A stretch of DNA of 64,000 bases from contig JAVVEL010000004.1 in assembly GCA_032260385.1 (NCBI GenBank), positions 9,111-73,110 of the forward strand, written 5' to 3'. The position numbers and the translations under genes were made by a program. Below the pieces are notes generated by a model. It had not been told where the DNA came from. It saw only the letters and a list, made by a program, of their open reading frames with translations, and ran no database searches. This stretch comes from Bacteroidales bacterium (GTDB taxonomy: Bacteria > Bacteroidota > Bacteroidia > Bacteroidales > VadinHA17). Of this stretch, positions 40,241-50,410 are shown piece after piece (positions within the stretch are counted from its first letter, which is position 1; the number at the start of each line of letters is the position of its first letter).

Positions 40241-41566
40241 TTATTTCAGGCTTTCACCTTTTAATGTGGCAGAGCTGCAATCAGTTATTTTAACATTTAC
40301 ATAGTCGCCCGGTCTGTAATCTTTTCCCGGGAATACCGCCACCTTATTCTGTGATGTTCTGCCTGACAGGTCGCTGTCCGATTTTTTTGAAAAGCCCTCC
40401 ACCAGTACTTCAAGCACCCTGCCAATGTCTTTTTGCTTACTTTGAAGCGACAGGGAATTCTGTAGTTCTATTATTTCACTAAGACGCCTGTTTTTGACTT
40501 CTTCCGGGACATCATCAGGGAGCTTCCTGGCAGCCGGAGTGCCGGGTCTCTCGTTGTATTTGAACATATAGGCAAAATCATAAGCTGCCCATTTCATAAG
40601 ACTGAGGCTGTCAGCATGATCTTCTTCAGTCTCAGTACAGAAGCCTGCAATCATATCGGTTGATATTGAACACCCGGGCAATATTTCACGTATAGCCCTT
40701 ACCCTGTCCATGTACCACGCCCTGTCATACTTACGGTTCATCAACTTAAGTATACGACTGCTGCCACTCTGGGCAGGAAGGTGAATATGTCTGCAGATAT
40801 TTTCGTGACGTGCCATTACCCTGAGTACATCATCAGACATATCCTTTGGATGCGAGGTGGAAAATCGGACCCTCAGAAGGGGACTTAGACCGGCTGTTAA
40901 TTCGAGCAGATCGGCAAAGCTGGTTTTCCTGTCCTCTTTTTCCCACCAGTATGAATTAACGTTCTGCCCCAGCAGGGTAACCTCCCTGTAACCTTTATCG
41001 AAAATGTCCCTTACCTCTTCAACTACTTTATCAGGATCGCGACTTCTTTCCGCGCCCCTTACATAAGGAACAACACAGTAGGAACATATATTATTGCATC
41101 CCCTCATTATCGAAACAAAAGACGAAACACCATTCTTGTCGAGCCTGACAGGGGCTATGTCGGCATAGGTTTCTTCCCTGGATAGAAGCACGTTGACTGC
41201 TTCGTGCCCCCTGCTGGCTTCACCGATCAGGCGGGGAAGATCCCTGTAGGCATCCGGACCCACAACAAGGTCAACCATTTTATCGCTTTCAAGCAGACGT
41301 TCTTTAAGCCTTTCGGCCATGCACCCTATCACTCCCACCAGCATGCCCGGCCTGCTCTTCTTATGATGCCTGAACAGGTCAAGGCGCCCCCAGACACGCT
41401 GCTCAGCATTGTCTCTTACCGAACATGTATTGACAAGAATCAGGTCAGCCTGGTCAATACGGTCGGTAACAGTAAATCCTTCATCCTTAAGAATGGAAAC
41501 CACAACTTCACTGTCAGCAACGTTCATCTGGCATCCGTATGTTTCTATGTATAATCTGCGTGGCAT
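40241..41566 (-). CDS. miaB: tRNA (i6A37) methylthiotransferase MiaB
   Basis: I chose the ATG at 41566 ([15 protein letters not shown]). It has the radical SAM cluster [12 protein letters not shown] and a C-terminal TRAM domain. Confidence 0.93.
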   Translation of the reverse strand: MPRRLYIETYGCQMNVADSEVVVSILKDEGFTVTDRIDQADLILVNTCSVRDNAEQRVWGRLDLFRHHKKSRPGMLVGVIGCMAERLKERLLESDKMVDLVVGPDAYRDLPRLIGEASRGHEAVNVLLSREETYADIAPVRLDKNGVSSFVSIMRGCNNICSYCVVPYVRGAERSRDPDKVVEEVRDIFDKGYREVTLLGQNVNSYWWEKEDRKTSFADLLELTAGLSPLLRVRFSTSHPKDMSDDVLRVMARHENICRHIHLPAQSGSSRILKLMNRKYDRAWYMDRVRAIREILPGCSISTDMIAGFCTETEEDHADSLSLMKWAAYDFAYMFKYNERPGTPAARKLPDDVPEEVKNRRLSEIIELQNSLSLQSKQKDIGRVLEVLVEGFSKKSDSDLSGRTSQNKVAVFPGKDYRPGDYVNVKITDCSSATLKGESLK

Positions 41567-41605
41567 ATAATAGTAAGCAGTTGTCAACTGTTTTTGTTCA
41601 GCATG

Positions 41606-41613
41606 CAAAAATA
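41606..41613 (-). promoter_or_regulatory. candidate -7 promoter box (TAnnTTTG) for miaB
   Basis: The minus strand reads TATTTTTG(CAT), 40 nt upstream of the ATG at 41566. Confidence 0.45.
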
Positions 41614-41668
41614 AGGAAGACAAAAGACAAATCAGCACAGGCAGAAGTAAATTATATCACTTATGCTG

Positions 41669-41790
41669 AAAACATCCCCCGCATGATGGTGAAAGGGGCG
41701 GTGTTGATGCAAACAAGCCCGCATGATGGTGAAAGGGGCGGTGTTGATGCAAACATCCCCCGCATGATGGTGAAAGGGGTGGGTCTGTTA
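41669..41790. repeat. non-coding tandem repeat, 40-41 bp unit, about 2.7 copies
   Basis: GCATGATGGTGAAAGGGGCGGTGTTGATGCAAACA occurs identically at 41681-41715 and 41721-41755. A third copy at 41762 matches for 18 nt and then degenerates into the GH92 stop codon. Copies 1 and 3 also share the leader AAACATCCCCC. Confidence 0.9.
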
Positions 41791-44088
41791 ATTTTTTGAC
41801 ATTGAATAGGGATAGGCATCATGTGATGTTCCCCTTTCCTTATCCGGTTTCTCAGACATCACGAATACGAGCCTGCCACCTTTCTGCAGCTTATCATGTG
41901 TGAGATAATTTTTATCAACGATCTCCCCGTTAAACCTGATATCATCGATGTATACCGCATCAGGACCATTACCCTCCGCAATTATTTCAAGTATATTTCC
42001 CCCGGGCATTTCAATGCTCATCTTATCAAACAAAGGTGATCCTATGACGTACTGGTCAGTGCCGGGGCATACAGGATAAAAACCCATGGCACTGAAAACA
42101 TACCATGCCGATGTCTGGCCGTTATCCTCGTCGCCGCAGTATCCATCGGGTGTATAATTATACAGTTTATCCATTACCTGGCGTGCACGGAATTGTGTTT
42201 TCCATGGTTGGCCGGCATAGTTGTACAGGTAGATCATGTGCTGTATGGGCTGGTTTCCGTGTGCATAGTTTCCCATCCCTGCAATCTGCATTTCACGTAT
42301 CTCATGAATAATTATCCCGTAATAAGAATAATCGAAAACCGGTGGTACCTCGAAGACAGAATCCAGTTTCGCAACAAATCTGTCTTTTCCTCCCATCAGG
42401 CTTACCAGGCTGTCGATATCATGGAAAACACTCCATGTATAGTGCCAGCTGTTACCTTCGGTAAAGGCATCACCCCATTTATAGGGGCTGAAGGGCGACT
42501 GGAAGCTGCCATCCATATTCCGGCCTCTCATAAGGCCTCTTCCCGGGTCAAAAACATTAACGAAATTCCTGGCTCTTTTTTTATAAAGGCTCAGTTCCTC
42601 TTCCGGCTTTCCCAGTGCCTGGCCCAGTCTCCATATACAATAATCGGCATAGGCATATTCAAGTGTACGTGCGGTATTTTCCCTTATACCTGCATCATAG
42701 GGAATATATCCCAGATCATTATAGTATTCAGCACCATACCTTCCCACTGAATGAACGGGACCATGGCCCCTGGTGTTTTTGATCATTGCCTGGTAAAGTG
42801 TTTCAGCATCATAATCCCTGATACCCTTGAGGTAGCTGTCTGCTATTAGAGAGGCTGAATTGGAACCTATCATGCAATCCCTGTGACCGGGGCTGGCCCA
42901 CTCGGGCAACCACCCGCTTTCATTATATGTATTGACCAGCCCTTTCATTATCTGGCTGTTGAGCTCAGGATACATGAGTGTAAAAAATGGAAATACAGCC
43001 CTGAAGGTGTCCCAGAAACCATTATCGGTAAACATATAACCGGGCAGTACTTCCCCGTTATAAGGGCTGTAATGGACAGTATCTCCTGCGGCGTTTATTT
43101 CGTAAAATTTGCGTGGGAAAAGGAGCAGCCTGTACAGGCAGGAATAGAAAGTCCGCACCTGGTCAATATTGTCGCTCTCTATCTTTATCCTTCCCAGTTC
43201 CCTGTTCCATGCCTCCCCGGCTTCTTCCTTCACCGTATCGAAAGATTTTGAACCTATCTCATCCCTGAGGTTTTTCTCAGCCTGTTCGGGACTGATAAAA
43301 GAGGAGGCTACCCGTGCATGTACGATCTCATCTTTGGCTGTCCTGAATCCGACCATGGCACCGGCATGAAAGCCTTCAGCTTCCAGGGAGTCCTCCCGGA
43401 GCTCGTTATTTAGCCAGGTATGGGCATAATCAAAGTCCCTGTCAAATTCGATAACAAAGTAATTATGAAAATTATCGGGAACACCACCGCTGTTATTCCT
43501 GCAGTACCCAATTATTTTGCGTTCACCGGGTATTATCTTTACCATTGAACCCCTGTAAAAGCCGTCGACAAGAACCCATGATGAGTCATTTTCAGGAAAG
43601 GTAAACCTGAAAATGGCAGCCCTTTCAGTCGGACTTACTTCGGCTGTGAGGTCATAATCGGCAAGGTACACACTGTAGTAGTGAGGTTTTACTTCTTCAG
43701 CCTTATGTGAGAACCAGGAAGCACGTTCCTCCTGGTCGAATCTTTTTTTGCCTGTAAGCGGCATGAGAGAAAAAGCAGCATAATCATTTATCCAGGGGCT
43801 TGGCTGATGAGTTTGCTTGATTCCCCTTATCTTATAGGCATCGTAGGTATATGCCCACCCATTGCCCATTTCCCCGGTTTGGGGCGTCCAGAAATTCATC
43901 CCCCAGGGCATGGCTATGGCAGGGTAGGTATTACCATTTGATAATTGAAACTCTGAATCAGTGCCCATTAATGGGTTTACCATTTCGACGGGCTCAAAGG
44001 TGCCTGATCCGGATTCAATTTCAGTACAGGAAACACCTGTTAATATCAGCAGTAAAAATGCGATTGCCGCAGAGAGTGTTTTTTTCAT
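41788..44088 (-). CDS. glycoside hydrolase family 92 (alpha-mannosidase)
   Basis: 766 aa. It has a lipoprotein-like signal (LLLILTGVSC). The N-terminus (VNPLMGTDS...GNTYPAIAMPWGMNFWTPQT) and the core (GYCGDEDNGQTSAWYVFSAMGFYP) are typical of GH92. Confidence 0.9.
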   Translation of the reverse strand: MKKTLSAAIAFLLLILTGVSCTEIESGSGTFEPVEMVNPLMGTDSEFQLSNGNTYPAIAMPWGMNFWTPQTGEMGNGWAYTYDAYKIRGIKQTHQPSPWINDYAAFSLMPLTGKKRFDQEERASWFSHKAEEVKPHYYSVYLADYDLTAEVSPTERAAIFRFTFPENDSSWVLVDGFYRGSMVKIIPGERKIIGYCRNNSGGVPDNFHNYFVIEFDRDFDYAHTWLNNELREDSLEAEGFHAGAMVGFRTAKDEIVHARVASSFISPEQAEKNLRDEIGSKSFDTVKEEAGEAWNRELGRIKIESDNIDQVRTFYSCLYRLLLFPRKFYEINAAGDTVHYSPYNGEVLPGYMFTDNGFWDTFRAVFPFFTLMYPELNSQIMKGLVNTYNESGWLPEWASPGHRDCMIGSNSASLIADSYLKGIRDYDAETLYQAMIKNTRGHGPVHSVGRYGAEYYNDLGYIPYDAGIRENTARTLEYAYADYCIWRLGQALGKPEEELSLYKKRARNFVNVFDPGRGLMRGRNMDGSFQSPFSPYKWGDAFTEGNSWHYTWSVFHDIDSLVSLMGGKDRFVAKLDSVFEVPPVFDYSYYGIIIHEIREMQIAGMGNYAHGNQPIQHMIYLYNYAGQPWKTQFRARQVMDKLYNYTPDGYCGDEDNGQTSAWYVFSAMGFYPVCPGTDQYVIGSPLFDKMSIEMPGGNILEIIAEGNGPDAVYIDDIRFNGEIVDKNYLTHDKLQKGGRLVFVMSEKPDKERGTSHDAYPYSMSKN

Positions 44089-44132
44089 AATATTGTTACT
44101 CGTTTTTTAATATAAGCGTTTGTCTTTCGTCC

Positions 44133-45116
44133 TTAGCCCTTTGTCGCTTTTTTCACCAGTTTGAAAGAATTCACAATAATTATTGCCAGCATTCCCCCTC
44201 CTATAGTAAATAATACCGTTATACCGTTTACCAGGAGTCCATAGGTAATTCCTGTTTCTTCACTCAAACTGAACAGAAGGAAGAGTTGCAGGACAAAAAA
44301 ATGAGAGGTTCCGATTCCTCCCGGGCTTGGGATGGCCCACCCGATGGTCCCTACAAAAAGTACCACGAAGGCAAAATACAGACTCAGGCTTTCCGTGGAA
44401 GGTAAGGCCCTCAGGCAGCAGTAGTTTACCAGAATCATGAAAAGCCATATCATAATAGTCTGGAAGGCAAACATCCGTGATGATTTAATCCTGAAAGTAT
44501 TCTTTACCGTATGCCATAATTCTTTCAGAAAGGACCTTATTTTATCTATCAGTTTGTAATGGCTGGATATCATGACAAGTGCAAGTATAAGCAAAACCAG
44601 GCCACCGATAAGCAGGGCAAGGTTTAACAGGTTAGATGTTAATGAGTTCCTGATACTGTTACCGGCTGTGATAATCAGTTTACGAAGTCTGTCAAATTCC
44701 AGTAAAAGTATTATCGATATTGCTATTATAAGAGCTATAAGATCATAAATCCGTTCAGATATTACGGTGCCAAAACTTCTGGATACAGGGATACCCGTTG
44801 ATTTTTGAAGTGATGTACACCTGATTATCTCACCCAGTTTGGGAGTGAAGCTGTTAACGAAAAAGCCCAGGAGGAGTGAATATGAAACATTTTTTATATC
44901 AGGGTGATGGCCGTCGTTTTTTATCAGCAATTTCCACCTGTAGGCCCTGAAGAAAAACATAATTACAAGAAATACAATACTTAAGAGTATCCAGCTTGTT
45001 TTTGCTGCTGACAAAAGCTCAAATATTTGATCAAGGGGTTTGTTCCTGAGGGTAAGGTAAAGAAAGAAGCCTCCAATGATAATACCTGTTACAGCATTTA
45101 TTATATGTTTCCTCAT
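44133..45116 (-). CDS. flippase-like (lysylphosphatidylglycerol-synthase TM-region family) membrane protein
   Basis: 327 aa with about 8 TM helices and no soluble synthase domain. Its overall pattern resembles UPF0104/LPG_synthase_TM. The assignment is from memory. Confidence 0.6.
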   Translation of the reverse strand: MRKHIINAVTGIIIGGFFLYLTLRNKPLDQIFELLSAAKTSWILLSIVFLVIMFFFRAYRWKLLIKNDGHHPDIKNVSYSLLLGFFVNSFTPKLGEIIRCTSLQKSTGIPVSRSFGTVISERIYDLIALIIAISIILLLEFDRLRKLIITAGNSIRNSLTSNLLNLALLIGGLVLLILALVMISSHYKLIDKIRSFLKELWHTVKNTFRIKSSRMFAFQTIMIWLFMILVNYCCLRALPSTESLSLYFAFVVLFVGTIGWAIPSPGGIGTSHFFVLQLFLLFSLSEETGITYGLLVNGITVLFTIGGGMLAIIIVNSFKLVKKATKG

Positions 45117-45177
45117 ACCTGGTATGTTTTACCTGGAATGTCATTAGCCGATAAAGATATATAATAAATGGATTATA

Positions 45178-46071
45178 TTATTGTTTCAGCCTTAGATATA
45201 CGGGCCGGTGATCGGATATAAGCTCACCATAGTCGGGATAACACCTGTCAGGCCTGTTCACTATGGTAGTATCGATATTCAGGTATAATTCGTCGCTTAC
45301 GCAAATATGATCAATATGGCTGGGCCATGACGGGTAGGACCACCATGAAGCACTGCCTTGTGCAATACTCATGTCAGTGAACCTGAAATTACCGGGATCA
45401 TTTACCATGGTCCAGAATACATTTGTCTCATAGCTTGTCCCGTTTATTTCATCATTGAGGTCCCCAAGTACGATGACGGCCTCATCCGGATAGGTGCTTA
45501 ATATATACTTATGCAGGGAATCAGTGGCACTTCTTCGGCGGTCTTCATTATCAATGCCTCCACAGCACTTAAGATGGTTGTTGATAAGAATTGCCTCAAT
45601 CCCCGTTGGTATGTGCCTTACGTGTATTTCGAAGGGAGGGCGGGGGAATGACCAGTAATCATCCCTGAACAGAACTTTGCCCTCAGCCTCATTAATGCTG
45701 ATTTCCGATACCTTGTAAAGGTAGGCCAGGTTCCAGATAGAATTATCAATAGGGTAATATGTACCTTCCCAGCCTATTAGCCTGTCGACAAGCTTATCGA
45801 ATTCTGATTCGGAACTTATCTCCTGCAGTGCTACAATATCGACATTCATCTGCTTTATCAGGGCGGCTGCCACTTCAGCTGTTTCCTCTCCGTAGCGGGG
45901 ATATTCCTGTATATTGAAAGTAACTATATCAAAGGTACTCTCCGTACCACTTATTATACAGTCCAAGAAGTCAGGTTCCTCATCACTGCTGCCCGGTGGT
46001 TTGCGGCAGGAAGCCATAAGCAGGCTTATTGCCAGCACCAGTAATAGTACCCTGATATAATTCCTGTTCAT
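45178..46071 (-). CDS. endonuclease/exonuclease/phosphatase (EEP) family lipoprotein
   Basis: I chose the ATG at 46071 (MNRNYIRVLLLVLAISLLMASC, a lipobox). EEP motifs are FNIQEY, DIVALQEI, VIVLGDLND and SDHRPV. Confidence 0.8.
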   Translation of the reverse strand: MNRNYIRVLLLVLAISLLMASCRKPPGSSDEEPDFLDCIISGTESTFDIVTFNIQEYPRYGEETAEVAAALIKQMNVDIVALQEISSESEFDKLVDRLIGWEGTYYPIDNSIWNLAYLYKVSEISINEAEGKVLFRDDYWSFPRPPFEIHVRHIPTGIEAILINNHLKCCGGIDNEDRRRSATDSLHKYILSTYPDEAVIVLGDLNDEINGTSYETNVFWTMVNDPGNFRFTDMSIAQGSASWWSYPSWPSHIDHICVSDELYLNIDTTIVNRPDRCYPDYGELISDHRPVYLRLKQ

Positions 46072-46168
46072 AATACGGTTTTTACCCGGTAAAGATGCAA
46101 AAAAATTACCTGAATCAAGACTTGCAATGTCTCTGACAAAAATCAGATAATTCAGGGCTAATAAAGAA

Positions 46169-47959
46169 TTATTCACTGTTACTGATCAGGGCAATTATTA
46201 TATTCCCTTTCTCAGGGATAATTTTTCCTTCGGATGTAAAAGGAACTAATCTCCTGTTAGCTGTAATAAGAAAAAGCGGAACGGTGCTTTCTCCATGTTT
46301 CTTTTTGAAATCCTCAAAGCTGAATTTATCGGTGAGCTTTGTTGATTTTATACTTGCTCCTTCACGGATCCTTTTTGTTATATACCCGTAGGTAATATTT
46401 TTCCCGAAAAGAAATCGGCCTCTTAAGTGCTGAGGTGAAAATTCTCTTTCATCTTCTTTGGTGGATGGTTGAAGCTGGTAAAGATTTTCCTTATCAAATA
46501 TTTCCGAAAAATGAAGTACGCCCATTGAATTAACTTCATCATTGGAGGTTAGAGCCAGCAATTTACCTACACCCTCAAGGTTTATCTTATCTATTACCTT
46601 ATCAGAAATTATGCTGTCGTTATAAGCATTCAGCCCGTTCATATTAGCCTTGTTGGTGTTATACCTGTTGGTATCCAGTATAACTACACGGAAATCATGT
46701 TCCCTGAGAACGGAAGCAATCTGCAAAGCCCAGTCCTGTGCCCCTGCTATAATAACACCCTGCGGGTTTGACTGTGAGATATTCAATAATCTGGCAGCCA
46801 GTGGACTGCTAATACCATATATAAGCACAGTCCCGATTATTACCGTGAAAGTAAGGGGCACCAGGTATTCAACCTGGGCAATCTCAATTTCTGAAAGCTT
46901 CAGGGCAAAAACCGAAGATACGGCTGCTGCCACAATACCCCTCGGGGCCATCCATGAAATGAACAATTTATCTTTCAGACTCAAATTTGATTTAACGGTT
47001 GAGATAAAAACTGACAGCGGGCGACCTATAAATATCAAAACCAAAAGGAATATTCCTCCCATATAACTCATAAGCTTAATATCACCTAAGGAAAGCCTTG
47101 CAGAAAGAAGTATAAATAATACGGGAATCATCAATATGGTGAGGTTTGCTTTAAAGTCCTTAATGTTTTTTATCGATACTCTCCTTTGATTTGCCAGGAC
47201 AATTCCCATTATTGTTGTAGCAAGTAATCCTGATTCTTCCTGGAAATGATTTGAGATCAGGAAAGCTGCCACAACAAATGACAGGGCGGCAATCTCCTGG
47301 AGATAATCAGGGACCCAGTATTTTTTCATTATCAATGTCAGCAATAAGGCAAATCCTCCCCCAATAATGGTGGTCATTAGTATTGTTTTAAGCATATTCA
47401 GCAGAATGAGGGGGGCCGCATTATCGACCTTGCCTATAAGTATAACTTCAAAGACGAGGATTGCAAGCAAAGCGCCAATGGGATCGATCAGTATCCCTTC
47501 CCATTTGAGAATATTGCTCACATTCTGACGGGGTCTTATATTGCGAAGCAAGGGACCAATTACGGTTGGTCCGGTAACTGTCAGGACAGCGCCCAGCAGT
47601 ATCGCTATCTCAATGTTAAGTCCGAAAAGCCAGTGAGCGGCCATTGTTGCAGTGATCCAGGTAATAATGACCCCTATTGAAATTAATAATGATACCACCC
47701 TGCCAATCTTTCGGAATTCACTTAACTTAAGGGTTAAGCCTCCCTGGAACAGGATTATGGCAACCGAGAAGGAAATAAAAGGAATGAGGACTTCTCCAAA
47801 CATTTCATCGGGATTGATTAAGCCCAGTACCGGCCCGGCAGTTATACCGAAAATAAGAAGTAATAATATTGATGGAATCTTGATCTTCCAGGAAATCCAC
47901 TGTGCGGAAAATCCTAGTAAGACGATTAAACCAAGACTCAGTAAAATGTTTTCCGACAT
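46169..47959 (-). CDS. cation:proton antiporter (CPA1/NhaP-like) with a C-terminal cytoplasmic regulatory domain
   Basis: 596 aa with about 12 N-terminal TM helices. It has a Rossmann-like segment (GVIIAGAQDWALQIASVLREHDFRVVILD) and a soluble tail. Confidence 0.85.
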   Translation of the reverse strand: MSENILLSLGLIVLLGFSAQWISWKIKIPSILLLLIFGITAGPVLGLINPDEMFGEVLIPFISFSVAIILFQGGLTLKLSEFRKIGRVVSLLISIGVIITWITATMAAHWLFGLNIEIAILLGAVLTVTGPTVIGPLLRNIRPRQNVSNILKWEGILIDPIGALLAILVFEVILIGKVDNAAPLILLNMLKTILMTTIIGGGFALLLTLIMKKYWVPDYLQEIAALSFVVAAFLISNHFQEESGLLATTIMGIVLANQRRVSIKNIKDFKANLTILMIPVLFILLSARLSLGDIKLMSYMGGIFLLVLIFIGRPLSVFISTVKSNLSLKDKLFISWMAPRGIVAAAVSSVFALKLSEIEIAQVEYLVPLTFTVIIGTVLIYGISSPLAARLLNISQSNPQGVIIAGAQDWALQIASVLREHDFRVVILDTNRYNTNKANMNGLNAYNDSIISDKVIDKINLEGVGKLLALTSNDEVNSMGVLHFSEIFDKENLYQLQPSTKEDEREFSPQHLRGRFLFGKNITYGYITKRIREGASIKSTKLTDKFSFEDFKKKHGESTVPLFLITANRRLVPFTSEGKIIPEKGNIIIALISNSE

Positions 47960-48110
47960 ATTCCTTAAATATGATGCAATAATATCACTCTCCGGAATTT
48001 TTTACCGAATTTAGCATTAAAATCTTATTAAACGAATTCAAATATTTTGAACAGGACCTCGTGAACGATAATGATTACATAAATTCAGGTAACAGAAAAG
48101 CCATTATATT

Positions 48111-49277
48111 ATGAGGAAAACTCTTCAGTACAGTAAACCTCTGATCTTAATAATATCAGCTGCCATCATCATGAATGCCTGCAGACCCCGAACCGCTGAT
48201 AATTACGGGGACTCAGGCACAGCCGCTGGAGAATTGGCCGGGTTCCTATTTTATGTTGGAACCTATACCGGTTCGGAAAGTCGTGGAATTTATAAATCCC
48301 TGCTGGGCGAGGACGGGTCGCTCAGATTGTCCGGACTGGCAACTCAGACAGAAAACCCTTCCTTTCTTGCCTTAAGCCCCTGTGGTGACTTCCTCCTGGC
48401 AGTGAATGAGAACAGTCCTGCAGGGACAGTTGAATCTTTCCGGATTAAGGATGACAGTCTGGTTCTTGTAAGCCGGCAATCTTCGGGTGGAGAACACCCA
48501 TGCTATGTAAGCATTAACGAAGCCGGCTATGTTTTAACAGCAAACTATTCAAGTGGCAATGTGGGTTTATTGAAAATGAACAAGGGGGGTAGACTGGGTG
48601 AATTGCTGGATATTCAACAGCATACCGGCAAAGGATCAGGTGACAGGCAGGAAGGTCCTCATGCCCATTCCGTGTATTTTGAACCCGGAACCTCAATGGT
48701 TATTTCATCTGATCTGGGCACCAACGAAATATGGTTTTCAGTTCTTGACACCGTGCAGGGTAGACTCTTGCCTGCAAACCAGCAAAACCTCATGATGGAG
48801 CCCGGTGCCGGTCCCCGTCATATGGCCTTCCATCCGAATGGAAGCTACATCTATGTTATCAATGAATTAAACTCCACTGTAACACTGGTTAAAAAAAATA
48901 AAAGCGGAGAATATGAGAAAGGGCTATCCTTCACTACCCTGCCTGCCGGTTATGAGGGGCCAAATTACTGCGCCGATATTCACATAGCTGCGGATGGCAG
49001 ATTTGTTTATGCCTCAAACAGGGGACATAACAGTATTGCCATATTTAAGGTGGAACCTGAAACAGGGATCCTTACCCCTTCAGGTCACTGCTCATCGTCC
49101 GGCGAATGGCCGCGTAATTTTGTGCTTTCCCCAGATGAAAATTTCCTGCTGGTTGCCAACCAGAATTCAGATAACATAGTATCCTTCAAAAGGGATATTA
49201 ACAGTGGTCTTTGTGAACCGGTCGATACTATATCAATACCTGACCCGGTATTTATTTTATTTGGGAAGAAGTTGTAA
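48111..49277 (+). CDS. lactonase, 7-bladed beta-propeller (6-phosphogluconolactonase-like), lipoprotein
   Basis: The signal plus Cys is LILIISAAIIMNAC. Motifs are FYVGTYT, NPSFLAL, GPHAHSV, GPRHMAFHPNG and RNFVLSPDENFLLVANQNSD. Confidence 0.85.
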   Translation: MRKTLQYSKPLILIISAAIIMNACRPRTADNYGDSGTAAGELAGFLFYVGTYTGSESRGIYKSLLGEDGSLRLSGLATQTENPSFLALSPCGDFLLAVNENSPAGTVESFRIKDDSLVLVSRQSSGGEHPCYVSINEAGYVLTANYSSGNVGLLKMNKGGRLGELLDIQQHTGKGSGDRQEGPHAHSVYFEPGTSMVISSDLGTNEIWFSVLDTVQGRLLPANQQNLMMEPGAGPRHMAFHPNGSYIYVINELNSTVTLVKKNKSGEYEKGLSFTTLPAGYEGPNYCADIHIAADGRFVYASNRGHNSIAIFKVEPETGILTPSGHCSSSGEWPRNFVLSPDENFLLVANQNSDNIVSFKRDINSGLCEPVDTISIPDPVFILFGKKL

Positions 49278-49298
49278 GTAATAAATTTGCTTTGTCTC

Positions 49299-50243
49299 TT
49301 AAGTTCCTGAAAAAACCTTTGTCAGCTGTACCCTGTTGCGAACATTTACCTTCCTGAAAATATTGTAGGTATGGTCTTTTACGGTCTGGAGAGAAATATA
49401 CAGTTCATCAGCTATTTCCTGGTTTGTTTTACCCCTGCAAATTTCCGTAATAATCTGCCTCTCCCTCTTTGATATTCCATATTTCTGGTAGAGGTTCTCA
49501 AGGGTATCGGTAAGCTCGGTGAATTCAGCCTCATTGTTTTTCAGATAGGATTTAAGCAGGATAATAAGAGCCAGGTCGGAGCTGAAGTAGAATAGCAGGA
49601 AGTACAAACCGACATAAAGACTCCAGTAGGCAAAGTGAAGTGCAAGGGCATTAATTAAGCCCAGGCCTGCAAGTATTGACCCGAACCTAACCAGCATTAT
49701 TCTTTTTTCCCTCTTGCTTATACGTAGGGCTGTGGTTATCAATAGCAAGAAGATATATATCTTAACCAGGAGATCAATAGAATAGTAGGCTATCCTTATA
49801 ATCTGACCCAGTTGTGAACTGCTTAAATCGGGTTTTTCCGGCAATTTCCTCAATATAAGGCCGTAAACCAGGAAGGATACGGATGCCAGGGTGAAAAAAA
49901 TAATTGCAACTGACTGGTTTACCTTCCTTGATATGAGCTCATTTGATGTTTTGATAAGAATATACCATGCCGCTATGATAAAGGGTACCCCAAAAAATGG
50001 GATAACTGCTGCAATTGATTCAATTTCTGCAATTCTGAAGTCATACTTAAGTAGGATTTCTCTTATGGCCAGCCCTCCTATTATGCCGTAAACCCCAAAG
50101 GCAAAATGCAGAATTTTGTAATAAAAAAAACTGTTCAGGTAATCCAGGCTGTATACCTTCCTGAGCCGGGATAAAAGTATCAGGCTATACACCCCGCCTG
50201 ATGCAGAGACAATTATTATAACAAGGATTAAGAGCCTGATCAT
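49299..50243 (-). CDS. membrane-embedded LuxR/GerE-family transcriptional regulator (about 7 TM helices plus HTH)
   Basis: The N-terminal ~235 aa form about 7 hydrophobic helices. The C-terminal GerE HTH is SKRERQIITEICRGKTNQEIADELYISLQTVKDHTYNIFRKVNVRNRVQL. Confidence 0.8.
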   Translation of the reverse strand: MIRLLILVIIIVSASGGVYSLILLSRLRKVYSLDYLNSFFYYKILHFAFGVYGIIGGLAIREILLKYDFRIAEIESIAAVIPFFGVPFIIAAWYILIKTSNELISRKVNQSVAIIFFTLASVSFLVYGLILRKLPEKPDLSSSQLGQIIRIAYYSIDLLVKIYIFLLLITTALRISKREKRIMLVRFGSILAGLGLINALALHFAYWSLYVGLYFLLFYFSSDLALIILLKSYLKNNEAEFTELTDTLENLYQKYGISKRERQIITEICRGKTNQEIADELYISLQTVKDHTYNIFRKVNVRNRVQLTKVFSGT

Positions 50244-50377
50244 TCAATTTAATTTAATACAAATGAAAGAAAATACTTTATTCAGGACAAGATTAAATGT
50301 AAAAACCTCAGGCTACTTAAGTTGGATATATTACAAATCCTACTTTTGGCGGATTGACTTTGCCCCTGTGCAACATA

Positions 50378-50385
50378 TATATTTG
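50378..50385 (+). promoter_or_regulatory. candidate -7 promoter box (TAnnTTTG) for the 50411 gene
   Basis: TATATTTG lies 26 nt upstream of the ATG at 50411. A TTTG lies at 50359-50362. Confidence 0.45.
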
Positions 50386-50410
50386 AAGCTGTAACCAAAA
50401 ATATTAAATC

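Noticed and set aside
41669-41790. I considered whether the 40-bp repeat array is a small CRISPR array.
   Set aside because: The copies are directly contiguous with only 5-6 variable nt between conserved cores, so there are no spacers of 25-40 nt. There are fewer than 3 copies. No cas genes are nearby, and the last copy decays into a gene's stop codon. I call it a simple tandem repeat.
41539-41799. An 86-aa plus-strand ORF reads through the tandem repeat (PRMMVKGAVLMQT...).
   Set aside because: The repeat period is 40-41 nt, not a multiple of 3, so each copy is read in a different frame. The ORF also overlaps the miaB start and promoter. It is an artefact of the repeat.
50355-50365. I considered TGGCGG...TTTGC upstream of the 50411 gene as a sigma-54 promoter.
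   Set aside because: The GG-to-GC spacing is 2 nt too long relative to the TGGCAC-N5-TTGC consensus. A good sigma-A-type TATATTTG box already explains the promoter.
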